Numbered from the stretch's first letter, positions 1 through 9,294 are shown. The stretch: DNA of 64,000 nt from an uncultured Elusimicrobia bacterium (GCA_963702895.1 OY969767.1:224001-288000); one strand, 5' to 3'. Made by a program: numbers and translations. Notes: generated from the letters alone by a model not told the origin.

Positions 1-3000
1 AATCCCGTTCGTGCTCGCACATTTTCAAGACAGCATCATCTCAACTTTGTGTCCAGGATTAGCCGAAACCTCCTAGTTCTTGAAAGTTGGGGCGTGGTCG
101 AGCCAACCTCCGATCAACCCGGGACGTATAGGCTCACCCCGAAGGCGCGCCAGAAATACCGAGTGATCATGGCCTTGTTTATGCCTTTTCTAAAAGTCGG
201 TCGAGGCAACCCCAGCATAGCGATTCGCGAGGCCCGGGATCATGCGATCGCTGAGTTGAAGAGGATGGGATTCCAGGTGACCTTAACGCCGCCTGCCGTG
301 GTTCGGACTGCTCGAGCATCACGAATATCAGCCGCGGCACCCGAAGTGACGCCGGCGACGATCGAACGGCGCCGGGAGAGGGCGCCTCGAGATATCCGTC
401 CCTTTCGCAACCTGGGTTTGCGTATTCATAGATATCGGCTATTGCGGAACCTTACCCAGCGCCAACTGGCAGAGCTTGTCGGTCTCAATAAACAAGATAT
501 TGGCAACATGGAATACGGGCTATACGCTCCTCGCGATACCGTCTTAGCGGCACTCGCGTTGATTTTGATTGACGACCTACAGGAACGCGATCAATTTAAG
601 AATTGGGCAAAGAAACGGCGAGGCACGCCGTCACATGAGGATCGCAGATTCGCCCTTTGGGTGCGAATTCGCAAGGCCGGTCAATCCGGACATACGTTGC
701 AGAGAATGTCGGAGGGAGTCCTGAAGAATGAATTGGCAGAGCTTCCTTCCTCAACTCTTGACGCACCAGAATGCTTGATGGACATGATTGAAAAAAACCC
801 AGATATCCTCGCGGGCCTCCATCAGTCTCAGAGGGTCCGTGCATTTGTCGACTGGTATCACGCTGTGGATACCGCTTATCGCAATCGACAGAAGGGCGGC
901 CACAAGCCCCTGCATTCTCTGTTCATTTTTGACAAGGACCTCTCGCCAAGAATTCTGGATCGAAGGAAGAGTGAAGCGAAGCAAATGATGAACACTTTGT
1001 TCCAGGAGGTGCTTCTTGAGCGTCATCAGAGACTCTCACCTCCCGGGGTCAGTCATCCGGGACGTTGGGCGAGGCACTCTCTAACCGGCGCCGCCTTCCC
1101 GGGTACCGGGGCGCAATCCATTCAACAGAAAGCGGCCCAGGACTTTCAACAACGGCTCGACGCCGCCCTGGCACAGAGCCGGACGGTTTTGACTGAAGCG
1201 GAAACCCGGTGGGCATCCGCGCTGGCAGCCCTTGGGAATCGAGATTTCGTGCAAGCCATAACCGAAGCGGATCGGGCGCTCGCCCTGGCGAAAGCGGCCA
1301 TGCACGGGGGAGCGAATCCAGAAACCGGACAACCGCTTTGCGGACTTGAAACGATTCGCGTGACAGCCGAGCTCCGCCAGATGACCGATCTGGCTCAACA
1401 GATTGAAACCTTGGAAGAAAAAACGAAGACTTGGATCACAAGCCGGGCACAAACCCGCTCCGCTCTCTTTGACCTGTCAGAAATGGCTGCGCACCACGGA
1501 TCCATGACTCGTCTTGACCGCGCCCTATGGGATGCGGTTCGTTTCGCCATTATCGCGTCCGACATCATCGAACCAATGCGTCAAGAGCAGCTGGACGAAT
1601 TGCGCGGGCGGCATCCGGCCAACGGCATTGATGGTTTGATCCATTTGATCAACCTGGTCCTCCCGATGGCCGTCCCTGGGCTCCTTGAGCCCGCGATCAT
1701 GATGGTGACGGAGGGTTTGTTGAAATCCTCTCTTCTTGCCGACAAAATCCAAGGACCCACGCCAACGCTGCACATGCTTACCGGACATTCGCCCTCGTTC
1801 ACATCGCGAGCAACCAGAGTGGATCGGGCGCACGACAAACTGGTGGCAGCGGTCGTCTACTTGATCAAAGCAGACGTCGATGTGCGTCGCTTGTTCATTA
1901 ACATTTTCCCGGAACATCAGTCCTATCTCCCGACAAACACCGCCATCGGCTCTCACGACGATTCTCCGGAATCCGATCTTGTAGCCTATCGCCTAGGGAT
2001 TGCAAGTATGGGAGGAGATCCTAATCGACGGGAGCCCTACAGCAGCGTCGAGGTTGCTGCGTTGCAGCCTCCCGGCACCGACCGGCATATCCCCTATAAC
2101 ACAAGTTATCGGTTTGGGGAGGTGCTGCGTCGGATTAAAGCCCTCCACAATGGGGAGGGCCTGCCGCTCCCGCCGCCGGGTGGAGATGCGCAGGCCGTCA
2201 CGACTCAGGATCCCCTTGTTCCGCCTTCAGTCGGTCCGGCGACAGAAACACTTGCGTCTCCACCGCCGTACTCCCAGATCATGAAGGAGCGCGCATCCAC
2301 AATGTCCTCACTTCGCGATGAGGCGGTCACAGCCCTGCGCGAAGAGGCTTTAGCGGAAAATCATCTTGAACACGCGAAACAAGCTGTCGGCAGACGCGAT
2401 ATCCCAAGCGCAAAGGATGCCCTTAGCGCGGCATTAGCGAAAGTTCATGCAGCGCGGACAGCGGTGGAGACTATTCTCTTTCGCCCAGCGGATGAAGACC
2501 TTGCTCAAGAGCTGCGCAAGGATGGAGATCGTCTGGACAAGCTCATTGCTTATTGGCTTCCGGCAGATCAGGCCTTAACCGAAATGGTGGCAATTTATCC
2601 CCATCGCGCTTCTATTGACAATAATCCAGAGGCTGGAGTCCTTATCGAATCGGTGCTGACCAAGATGGCTTCAGGTGGAAAAATTGATCAGGAAGAGGTC
2701 GTCGGCCTGGTGGCGGTGCGGAAGGCAATTCGAATGTCTGCTGAGATTCCTGCTGCCTCCCCGGCAAAAACGCTGGCCGCTCCTACGCCAAAGGTTGATC
2801 GGAACGACAAGAAGAGGGCCTCTCAGAAAGGCGGTGCTCAACGGAGGGCCAAGAAGAAACTCATGCCCAGCCCCGTGCTCGATGCGGACGGAAGGCTGCA
2901 GGAAACGGATTTGGCAGTCGATGTGCCGTATATCCTTTTGCGGCGGCCCGCTGAAGGCTCGCAGTCCTATGGCTGGGAGATTTATCAGTCGCAAGGTCTT

Positions 3001-4947
3001 GATCCAGAGCGGTCCAAGCTCATCGCCACACTTCTTTCTCACGGGGAAGAAACCCACCTGCGGAGCGAACAGCAGCCTGGGCGGGAGACCAAGAAGGTCC
3101 CGAAATCCTATTCCTTTATACGGCTGGAAATACGCAGGCATTCAACTGAGGAAGAAACATTCTTCATCGGGCGCAGCCGTCGCCGTTCCGCGGCCATCAT
3201 TTTAGATCCCAGCCTCTTTAAGCCGGGCAAGGAAGTCAATCTCCAGGGAGCACTTTATCAAGCTGGCGGGTGGCTTGTGCACGGGCAGGATAGGACTGAG
3301 GAAGAACTGACCGCGCAAACCTGGATGGCGCTTTTGAGTCGAGTGCCCTTGGAGGCATTCCTCACAGCCTATGGACATCTGCCGCTGGCTCCGCGCGGCG
3401 AAGGAACTACTCCGCAGGCGACAACCCTGAGAGAAGTGTTCAACGCGCTCTTCAGAGACCAAATGGGCCTGTCGGAGCGCGCTCTTCGGGACCGAGCGGA
3501 TGCGCACCATCCTGAACACGCTGATCTGACTTTCTTGATGGAGGGGATCGTGAGTGCGGTGTTAGATGAACTCTACCGTCAGTTTCCAGAGCTCTTCAAA
3601 ACAAAGCGCCGCTATTGGATGCCAGTCGGTGTCCCTCCTGGTGCGCCAGAAGCGCTCACTCCTGAGCGCCAGATTCTCCATCAGATTCTCCAGCAGATGC
3701 TCGACAGCATGAGAGAAGAGGCTAACGAGGCGGTCGCTGACGATCCTACGCTCGACGCGCTGGATTACCAAGACTTGGTGCGTCGGATGCAAGTTGCACT
3801 CGATAAGCCCGATGCCCTTCAGCGCTTAAGAAATCATATACAAAGGGTGCTCACAATGGATCAATCCCGAGCATCTCGACGGCTCGCTCAACACAAACAG
3901 TTTCAGTTCATCCGATGGTGGGTTGTGCCGTCCGCGCCATCAAAAACCGGTTTCTTGGACTTTGACACCCCTCAGCCCGACCCCGGGGAGAGCCCCTGGT
4001 GGATTGCGCCGCTCGCGCCATCAGAAACCGGTTCCTTGGACTTTGACGCCCCTCAGCCCGACCCCAGGGAGAGCCTCATCAGAGAGCTGGAAAGCCTTCA
4101 TCTCCCACAACTCGGTTTGCCCAGCCAGTTGCTGCATGCGTATGTTGCCATGTCCATCCAGCAACTCGAGAATGGAAGCACCATAAAAGTGCTGGCCTCT
4201 TTGCGCTCGATTAGAGCTCAAACCCCCGTCGAGAGCAAAATTAGCAACGTGCTGATCCAAGAACCGATAAATAGTACAGCTGCCAACAACTTAACACCTC
4301 TCGAAGATAGCATCGTTTATTTTCTGTTTCTGTTGACCCTTGGCGGGGAAACCTTCCGGAAAGCTGTCGCCATGTTTTTCGCATCCGCTCAACTGCCGCC
4401 TGAGATCCTGCAGCTTCTCATCCCTAAAGATTGTCCCGAATTAAACGAATGGAATGAGAAGAGACGCTCTGGTAGAACAAAAACGCTCACTGATGTAGAA
4501 CTTGTGATCGCACGTAAAGCCGTCGGGAGTGACTTTGCATTCAGTACCCCAGCTCTCACTGACTCGGAAAAGGAAGCGCTTCAATATCTGCGTCTTCGCG
4601 AGATCGAAATCCTCCCAACACACCGAATACCTGGCGTGGTTCAATTCCCGGCAGTAAGGAAAGCGCCCCGTATCGTCCGGACGGTCCCTCCTCGTTCTAC
4701 TACGCTCAGTATGAATGGAATCTCGGAACTGGTTTCAATTGGCCAGCAATATCCCCTCGTGAGCTTGGCCGGGCTTGGTTTGTGGTGGGCTGCGATGTTT
4801 CACGCCACCGTCCCCATGATTCTCTTCTGTGGAGCGGCGGTCTCCATCGCCATCTACCGGGCCGACAGCCTCGGTCTATCTCATCCTTCCACACCCGCAA
4901 CTGCCAGCCACTCGCGTTCCAGGCGCCATTTCATGGCCGCCGCCTGA
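1..4947 (+). CDS. C-terminal part (>1648 aa) of a giant orphan protein, 5'-truncated by the window edge; winged-HTH-like and XRE-type HTH segments, repeated helical blocks, C-terminal hydrophobic pair, ends ...RRHFMAAA
   Basis: Frame is open from base 1 (no stop in 1-48). XRE-like HTH (LGLRIHRYRLLRNLTQRQLAELVGLNKQDIGNMEYG), wHTH-like ISRNLLVLESWGVVE...YRLT, two hydrophobic stretches before the stop. Confidence 0.8.
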   Translation, partial: NPVRARTFSRQHHLNFVSRISRNLLVLESWGVVEPTSDQPGTYRLTPKARQKYRVIMALFMPFLKVGRGNPSIAIREARDHAIAELKRMGFQVTLTPPAVVRTARASRISAAAPEVTPATIERRRERAPRDIRPFRNLGLRIHRYRLLRNLTQRQLAELVGLNKQDIGNMEYGLYAPRDTVLAALALILIDDLQERDQFKNWAKKRRGTPSHEDRRFALWVRIRKAGQSGHTLQRMSEGVLKNELAELPSSTLDAPECLMDMIEKNPDILAGLHQSQRVRAFVDWYHAVDTAYRNRQKGGHKPLHSLFIFDKDLSPRILDRRKSEAKQMMNTLFQEVLLERHQRLSPPGVSHPGRWARHSLTGAAFPGTGAQSIQQKAAQDFQQRLDAALAQSRTVLTEAETRWASALAALGNRDFVQAITEADRALALAKAAMHGGANPETGQPLCGLETIRVTAELRQMTDLAQQIETLEEKTKTWITSRAQTRSALFDLSEMAAHHGSMTRLDRALWDAVRFAIIASDIIEPMRQEQLDELRGRHPANGIDGLIHLINLVLPMAVPGLLEPAIMMVTEGLLKSSLLADKIQGPTPTLHMLTGHSPSFTSRATRVDRAHDKLVAAVVYLIKADVDVRRLFINIFPEHQSYLPTNTAIGSHDDSPESDLVAYRLGIASMGGDPNRREPYSSVEVAALQPPGTDRHIPYNTSYRFGEVLRRIKALHNGEGLPLPPPGGDAQAVTTQDPLVPPSVGPATETLASPPPYSQIMKERASTMSSLRDEAVTALREEALAENHLEHAKQAVGRRDIPSAKDALSAALAKVHAARTAVETILFRPADEDLAQELRKDGDRLDKLIAYWLPADQALTEMVAIYPHRASIDNNPEAGVLIESVLTKMASGGKIDQEEVVGLVAVRKAIRMSAEIPAASPAKTLAAPTPKVDRNDKKRASQKGGAQRRAKKKLMPSPVLDADGRLQETDLAVDVPYILLRRPAEGSQSYGWEIYQSQGLDPERSKLIATLLSHGEETHLRSEQQPGRETKKVPKSYSFIRLEIRRHSTEEETFFIGRSRRRSAAIILDPSLFKPGKEVNLQGALYQAGGWLVHGQDRTEEELTAQTWMALLSRVPLEAFLTAYGHLPLAPRGEGTTPQATTLREVFNALFRDQMGLSERALRDRADAHHPEHADLTFLMEGIVSAVLDELYRQFPELFKTKRRYWMPVGVPPGAPEALTPERQILHQILQQMLDSMREEANEAVADDPTLDALDYQDLVRRMQVALDKPDALQRLRNHIQRVLTMDQSRASRRLAQHKQFQFIRWWVVPSAPSKTGFLDFDTPQPDPGESPWWIAPLAPSETGSLDFDAPQPDPRESLIRELESLHLPQLGLPSQLLHAYVAMSIQQLENGSTIKVLASLRSIRAQTPVESKISNVLIQEPINSTAANNLTPLEDSIVYFLFLLTLGGETFRKAVAMFFASAQLPPEILQLLIPKDCPELNEWNEKRRSGRTKTLTDVELVIARKAVGSDFAFSTPALTDSEKEALQYLRLREIEILPTHRIPGVVQFPAVRKAPRIVRTVPPRSTTLSMNGISELVSIGQQYPLVSLAGLGLWWAAMFHATVPMILFCGAAVSIAIYRADSLGLSHPSTPATASHSRSRRHFMAAA
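3916..4077 (+). repeat. Two-copy 81-bp (27-aa) in-frame tandem duplication inside the giant ORF
   Basis: 3916-3996 vs 3997-4077 are 72/81 identical: WWVVPSAPSKTGFLDFDTPQPDPGESP / WWIAPLAPSETGSLDFDAPQPDPRESL. Confidence 0.97.
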
Positions 4948-5151
4948 GTCACCCCAAAAGCGTCTGCTCCCATTAACAACGACTATTTTGAGTTGCGTGA
5001 TATGTCCTGGGGGTATTTTGCAGCAACCGTCACACAGGGCAGAGGGAAAAGCCGCCAAGGCGGGGGGAATAGAGGGAAGGCTTCAAGCCGACAGCGCCTG
5101 CCAGGGGGCCCCGTAGGGCAGGTCTCCTTCTTGCAGGCGCTTCTTATTGTG

Positions 5152-5355
5152 TCAGGCCGCCTGGCAATGGTGCGAATGCCGCCAGTACGCGAACAGGACG
5201 TCGCGGCTCACGCGCTGGCCGTTTTGCTTGAAGTACTGCAGCATCTCGTTGGCGCTGTCGAGGTCTTCGGCTTGAATGAAGTGCATGAGCTGCGCGATCG
5301 CGGCAGCTCGGGTGCTGGCTGCCAGGTCTCTCCTCTTGTCCATTCTGTTGAACAT
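5152..5355 (-). CDS. Small hypothetical protein (67 aa) ending in -CQAA
   Basis: Strong SD (GGAGGTG) 4 nt before ATG; amphipathic helical sequence; fills the gap between the giant ORF and the intron. Confidence 0.6.
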   Translation of the reverse strand: MFNRMDKRRDLAASTRAAAIAQLMHFIQAEDLDSANEMLQYFKQNGQRVSRDVLFAYWRHSHHCQAA

Positions 5356-5532
5356 GGCTCACCTCCAGGTAGTCCTTGTGCTGATGATCCGTATGACATG
5401 TACCGTCAAGGACCTCTGCGCCTAAACCATACGAAAGGCACGTTACAGCGACGTTTCGCGCTTGTTACAGGTCTGTAAATCTTTTTAAGCCGGTGGATAG
5501 GACAGAAAGAGTCGTCTTAGCCGGGAATCTGC

Positions 5533-7414
5533 GTGCGCCAGGACAAACTGTACTGAGCCCAGTGGATGAAAGAGCCACAGCCTAAGGCCTAGCCAGCCAA
5601 GGCATAGCTCGTCTTGCATCGACGGCCGTGAGGCCGGAGGTGAAGCGTAGACAAGTGACAACGCAGGCCGCAAGGTGATAAACCGATCGAGCCCCGAAAA
5701 GAACGGTCATGTTGTGGAAGCCGAGGCGGTGCAGTTAGCCGAAGGCAACAAGGTTCTCGCCAAGACGGCAGGGATAGAGCCTTTCCACCGGGGTCTTACG
5801 AGGGCGGCATGTGTTGAAGGGACAGTGACGGGACCTGGGAGGCCTGCTGGGAGTCCGCTGAGGCGGACGCCGCCAACCCGAGGGACAACCAAAGGGAAAC
5901 GGACCGGCAGGAGTCAGAGAACCCCATAGTACCTAAGAAGCGGGTAACGACCGTGGAGGGAAGGGGGCGACAGGAGGAGGAAGCGATGGAGGGACAGGGA
6001 GCTGATTCACAGAAGTCAGAGACTTCCTTAACGAAACTCCGGCGCGTAGCGGAGCAAGCGAAGCAGAATCAGAAGATGCGCTGGATATCGGTCAATCACC
6101 TGATGGACGTCGACCTTCTGCGGGACAGTTGGAAGCGTCTTGACAAGGGTGGAGCCAGCGGGGTGGATGGCCAGACGGCGCAGGCGTACGGTCAAGACTT
6201 AGAAAAGCGGCTGGAAGAGCTTCACGAGCAACTGAAGGCAGGGACGTACCGGGCACCGCCGGTAAGGCGGGTGTGGATACCCAAATCGGACGGCAGGCAA
6301 CGGCCGATCGGGATACCGACGTTGGAAGACAAGATAGTCCAGCGGGCGGTCGCCACGATCATGGAAGCCGTCATGGAGCCGTTGTTTCTGGAGAGTTCGT
6401 ACGGGTACCGGCCTGGGCGGAACGCCCATCAGGCGTTGTGGTCCATACAACGGACGCTGATGTATCAGCCGATCCACTGGGTGCTGGAGATCGACCTGGA
6501 GTCGTTCTTTGACACCTTGGATCACGGATGGCTGAGACGGATGGTGGACGTACGGATGGGCGATGGGGTGATCCAGCGGCTGATTGGGAAATGGCTGAAC
6601 GCGGGAGTGATGGAGGAAGGAAGGCTGACGCGAACGGACCAAGGGAGCCCGCAAGGCGGGGTGATTTCGCCGATGTTGGCGAACATCTACCTGCATTACG
6701 CGATAGACCTGTGGTTTGTGAAGGTCATCCAACCGAAGCTCAAGGGAGAATCGTGCGCATGGCGATATGCGGACGATATCCTGATGGCGTTCGAGCATGA
6801 AGCGGAGGCGCGCGAGGTCCAAAGGCAGCTTGGGGAGCGTTTGGCGAAGTTTGGCCTAAAGCTCAACCCAAGCAAGACACGTCTGATCCGGTTTGAGAGA
6901 CCCCGGGACACAAACGGGGACGACCCGCCGGATCGGAGCGCGTTCGACTTTCTGGGGTTCACGCACTACTGGGCGAGGAGTCGACGAGGGATGTGGGTGG
7001 TGAAGCGGAAGACCGCTGGGAAGCGATTACGGCGGGCGATGAGCGCGGTGACGCAGTGGTGCAAAGCGCACCGGCACTGGAAGCTCCGCGAACAGCACCA
7101 GCACCTGAATGCGATTCTTCGAGGGCATTATCAGTATTACGGGATGACCTGGAATTGGGTTGGATTGAGCGTCTTCCACTTACATGTGGTCAGAACGTGG
7201 CAGAGATGGTTGAGCCGCCGGAGTCAGACGGCTTACATTCGCTGGGATCGGATGGAACAGATCCTGGAGAACTATCCCTTGCTACCTCCACGAATTATTC
7301 ATCCTGATCCATGGCGCATGGCACGTGAGTCCTTTTCTTGAAGAGCGTCGTGCGGGAAATCCGCATGCGGCGTTCCGTGAGGGGGTGGGAGGGCGACCTC
7401 CCGCTCTACTCGAT
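5533..7414 (+). mobile_element. Group II intron (ribozyme plus intron-encoded RT/maturase)
   Basis: 5' end GTGCG at 5533; domain V GAGCGTCGTGCGGGAAATCCGCATGCGGCGTTC at 7343-7375 (AGC triad, GAAA loop); domain VI ending ...CTACTCGAT at 7414; EBS1 loop GCAGTT (5731-5736) complementary to the 5'-exon end CTGC; boundaries confirmed by the empty site at 13779/13780. Confidence 0.95.
5986..7341 (+). CDS. ltrA: Group II intron reverse transcriptase/maturase, no C-terminal HNH endonuclease
   Basis: ASGVDG, RRVWIPK..G..RPIGIPTLEDKIVQ, SYGYRPGR, GSPQGGVISPMLANIYLH, YADD, FDFLGF and thumb/X domain; SD AGGAGG upstream of ATG 5986. Confidence 0.96.
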   Translation: MEGQGADSQKSETSLTKLRRVAEQAKQNQKMRWISVNHLMDVDLLRDSWKRLDKGGASGVDGQTAQAYGQDLEKRLEELHEQLKAGTYRAPPVRRVWIPKSDGRQRPIGIPTLEDKIVQRAVATIMEAVMEPLFLESSYGYRPGRNAHQALWSIQRTLMYQPIHWVLEIDLESFFDTLDHGWLRRMVDVRMGDGVIQRLIGKWLNAGVMEEGRLTRTDQGSPQGGVISPMLANIYLHYAIDLWFVKVIQPKLKGESCAWRYADDILMAFEHEAEAREVQRQLGERLAKFGLKLNPSKTRLIRFERPRDTNGDDPPDRSAFDFLGFTHYWARSRRGMWVVKRKTAGKRLRRAMSAVTQWCKAHRHWKLREQHQHLNAILRGHYQYYGMTWNWVGLSVFHLHVVRTWQRWLSRRSQTAYIRWDRMEQILENYPLLPPRIIHPDPWRMARESFS

Positions 7415-7680
7415 AGTTGTCGTCATCCCGGTGAAAACCGGGATCCAGTCCATCGTCGTTGAACTGGACCCCGGCTTCCGCCGGGGTGACGGCACAAAAA
7501 AGCGCATCGAGTTCAGACGATGAGGCAAAATGAACCGAAGTTTTCCGGTTAGTGGTTAACGGGGCAAGGCCCGGCGGAGGACGGTTTTTAGCGGATCGGG
7601 TCCAGGGAGGACATCGAACGGAGGTGCGCCGGCTTCTGTTCGAGCATACAACACAATCTCTTCCCATTCACTTTTCTGAG

Positions 7681-8280
7681 TTACGGGATAGGGCATCCTT
7701 CGTTCATCTCCGGCTCCGGATCCCGTACCGTGCTTGTGTGCGCAATCATCGTTTCGATTGCGACGCGGGCGCGCTTGTCGGTAGGGCCTCGGTAGTGGAG
7801 ATAACCGCCTTCATCGATCATCACAAAAGCCGGAACATGCGTGACCCCAAAGGCGTGGGCGATCGAGGGTCCACTTTCCGTGAGAAGAGGAGCCTGGATG
7901 CGTGCTTTCTTTAAGCGATGGGCCAGGTCCTGCGAGGTTTCGCCTGGGCCAACGTTCACAGCGACAAACGAGACTCGCCAGTCCTTGTAATCTTCATAAA
8001 ACCTGCTGATCTGTCCCCAGCGCACCTGGTCCTCCGGGCAACTCATGGAAAAAACTCCAAGGACCATGATTTCGAGCGCGGATTTATAGGAGAGAAGAGG
8101 TCTGACTTTCCCGGATTCCGCGACCACGGAAAAGGTCTTTGGGATTTTCTCTCCGATCCTGAGTGTGGGGGTAGAGCTCCCAACCGCCGTGGTGGAGCTC
8201 GTTTTGGGAGGGAAGAACCCCTGTGCTGATGCCGCCGAGCTCATCGCCAAGAACATGCTGCAGAGGAGGAATGTTTTCAT
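7681..8280 (-). CDS. Secreted redoxin/thioredoxin-like (AhpC/TSA-like) domain protein
   Basis: Signal peptide, LRIGEKIPKTF, single Cys (SCP), FVAVN, AFGVTHVPAFVMIDEGG.L.YRG, C-terminal GCPI; ATGA overlap with upstream gene. Confidence 0.75.
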   Translation of the reverse strand: MKTFLLCSMFLAMSSAASAQGFFPPKTSSTTAVGSSTPTLRIGEKIPKTFSVVAESGKVRPLLSYKSALEIMVLGVFSMSCPEDQVRWGQISRFYEDYKDWRVSFVAVNVGPGETSQDLAHRLKKARIQAPLLTESGPSIAHAFGVTHVPAFVMIDEGGYLHYRGPTDKRARVAIETMIAHTSTVRDPEPEMNEGCPIP

Positions 8281-9104
8281 GGTTTCTCCAGGCACGCGCC
8301 GCTTTCGAAATCGCCACAGGATGCGGAGGCTGATACGATGCCCATGTTTTTGAGCATCACCAGAGCTGTTTCCTGATCAGCGCGGGTTTCAGGAACGGCG
8401 TCTGCGGGCGGCACAAGCGACACGATGATCTGAAGCTCTTGGATGGCTTCCTTTTTTTGTCCGTGCTCGAGGAGCGCTTCTGCCAAGGCCAGATGGTTGA
8501 TCGCATAGCCCGGACCATATTGTACCGCGAGGCGGGCATGCTCGAGGGCCTTTGATTTGCTGCCTACGGAAAAGAGAGATGGGGATTGACGATAAAACTG
8601 CGCGAGGAGCATATGCGCGTAGGCGAAATTTGGTTTGAGCGTGAGCGCTCTCTGGAGTGCCGCGACGGCTTTCTTCACGGCGCTCAGGCTCCGCATGCTT
8701 TTGCGGGCGTTGGCCCACTGTCCCAGGGCCTCGCCATAGACCGCGTAAGCCTCAGCGCTCTCAGGGCCGGTGCGGACCGCTTCTTCGGCTGCCGAGCGGG
8801 CTTGGTCCGCCCAGGAGCGCCTCACTTGGTTTGACCCCGCGTGGCGCACCGCCCGTCCCATGGCGCTGGCCAAGCGAATCCAGTGCGTCACGTTTTGGGG
8901 TTCTGCTTGAGCTGCCTCTTTCCAAAGGCGTATGGCTTCTTCGGTCTTGCCCGGCTCTGCACGGGCTTGCCAGGCCAGAGCGGCCTGCTGCGCGAGCAGA
9001 GCATCTGCTTGCAGGGACGAGGGATGAGTGACGAGAGAGGAGGCAAGAAAGATGTACAGGAATAACGGGACTGGCGCTGGAGGTGTGAACAAAATCCTTT
9101 TCAA
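8277..9104 (-). CDS. Secreted TPR-repeat protein (start uncertain, probably TTG 9104)
   Basis: TPR-like helices (AEAYAVYGEALGQ, ALTLKPNFAYAHMLLAQFY, NHLALAEALLEHGQKKEA); the upstream ORF extension runs through the MITE. Confidence 0.75.
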   Translation of the reverse strand: MKRILFTPPAPVPLFLYIFLASSLVTHPSSLQADALLAQQAALAWQARAEPGKTEEAIRLWKEAAQAEPQNVTHWIRLASAMGRAVRHAGSNQVRRSWADQARSAAEEAVRTGPESAEAYAVYGEALGQWANARKSMRSLSAVKKAVAALQRALTLKPNFAYAHMLLAQFYRQSPSLFSVGSKSKALEHARLAVQYGPGYAINHLALAEALLEHGQKKEAIQELQIIVSLVPPADAVPETRADQETALVMLKNMGIVSASASCGDFESGACLEKP

Positions 9105-9141
9105 TGCGATGTCCTCGTCTCTCAACTCTCGTCCCTCTTCC
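9015..9141. repeat. Inverted arrays of degenerate 7-mers (GGACGAG-like x4 at 9015-9042; CTCGTCC-like x4 at 9114-9141)
   Basis: Direct reading; the arms enclose the probable start codon and N-terminal part of the signal peptide of the TPR gene. Confidence 0.75.
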
Positions 9142-9145
9142 CAAA

Positions 9146-9294
9146 CCGGGAAGCTTTTGTTGACGTCACCCCGGCGAAAGCCGGGGTCTATCATGTTTCG
9201 ACGTAAATGATGGATCCCGGCGTCCGCCGGGATGACGGCACATAAAAGTCCACTGACCTCAGATGACAAAACCGGTCCGACAGAAGATTCCCGG
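9146..9294 (+). mobile_element. Divergent copy of the MITE-like family (149 bp) containing a double-hairpin REP-like core (9165-9236)
   Basis: Starts CCGGGAAGCT, ends GAAGATTCCCGG followed by CTAG; same core and tail order as the 5521-7548 element. Confidence 0.75.

Larger units (their letters stand above)
5521..7548 (+). mobile_element. MITE-like element (146 bp when empty) interrupted by a group II intron; flanked by TTAG direct repeats (5517-5520, 7549-7552)
   Basis: 5521-5532 plus 7415-7548 aligns to the reverse complement of 13598-13791 with 7 substitutions; imperfect TIRs CCGGGAATCT...AGTTTTCCGG. Confidence 0.88.

Noticed and set aside
5027..5100. c-di-GMP-I riboswitch (GTCACACAGGGCA resembles its 5' end)
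   Set aside because: The GGCAAAC...GAAA...GACGCAAAG core is absent and there is no suitable downstream gene.
3916..7341. DGR (RT plus TR/VR-like repeat pair)
   Set aside because: The RT has group II motifs (YADD, maturase domain) inside a full ribozyme; the repeat differences are not adenine-specific, and the copies are tandem and in frame.
7299..7667. ORFs sharing peptides such as DPGFRRGD / VTPAEAG (also 13536-13811, 14951-15328, 35958-36200)
   Set aside because: Translations of the REP/MITE repeats, not a protein family.
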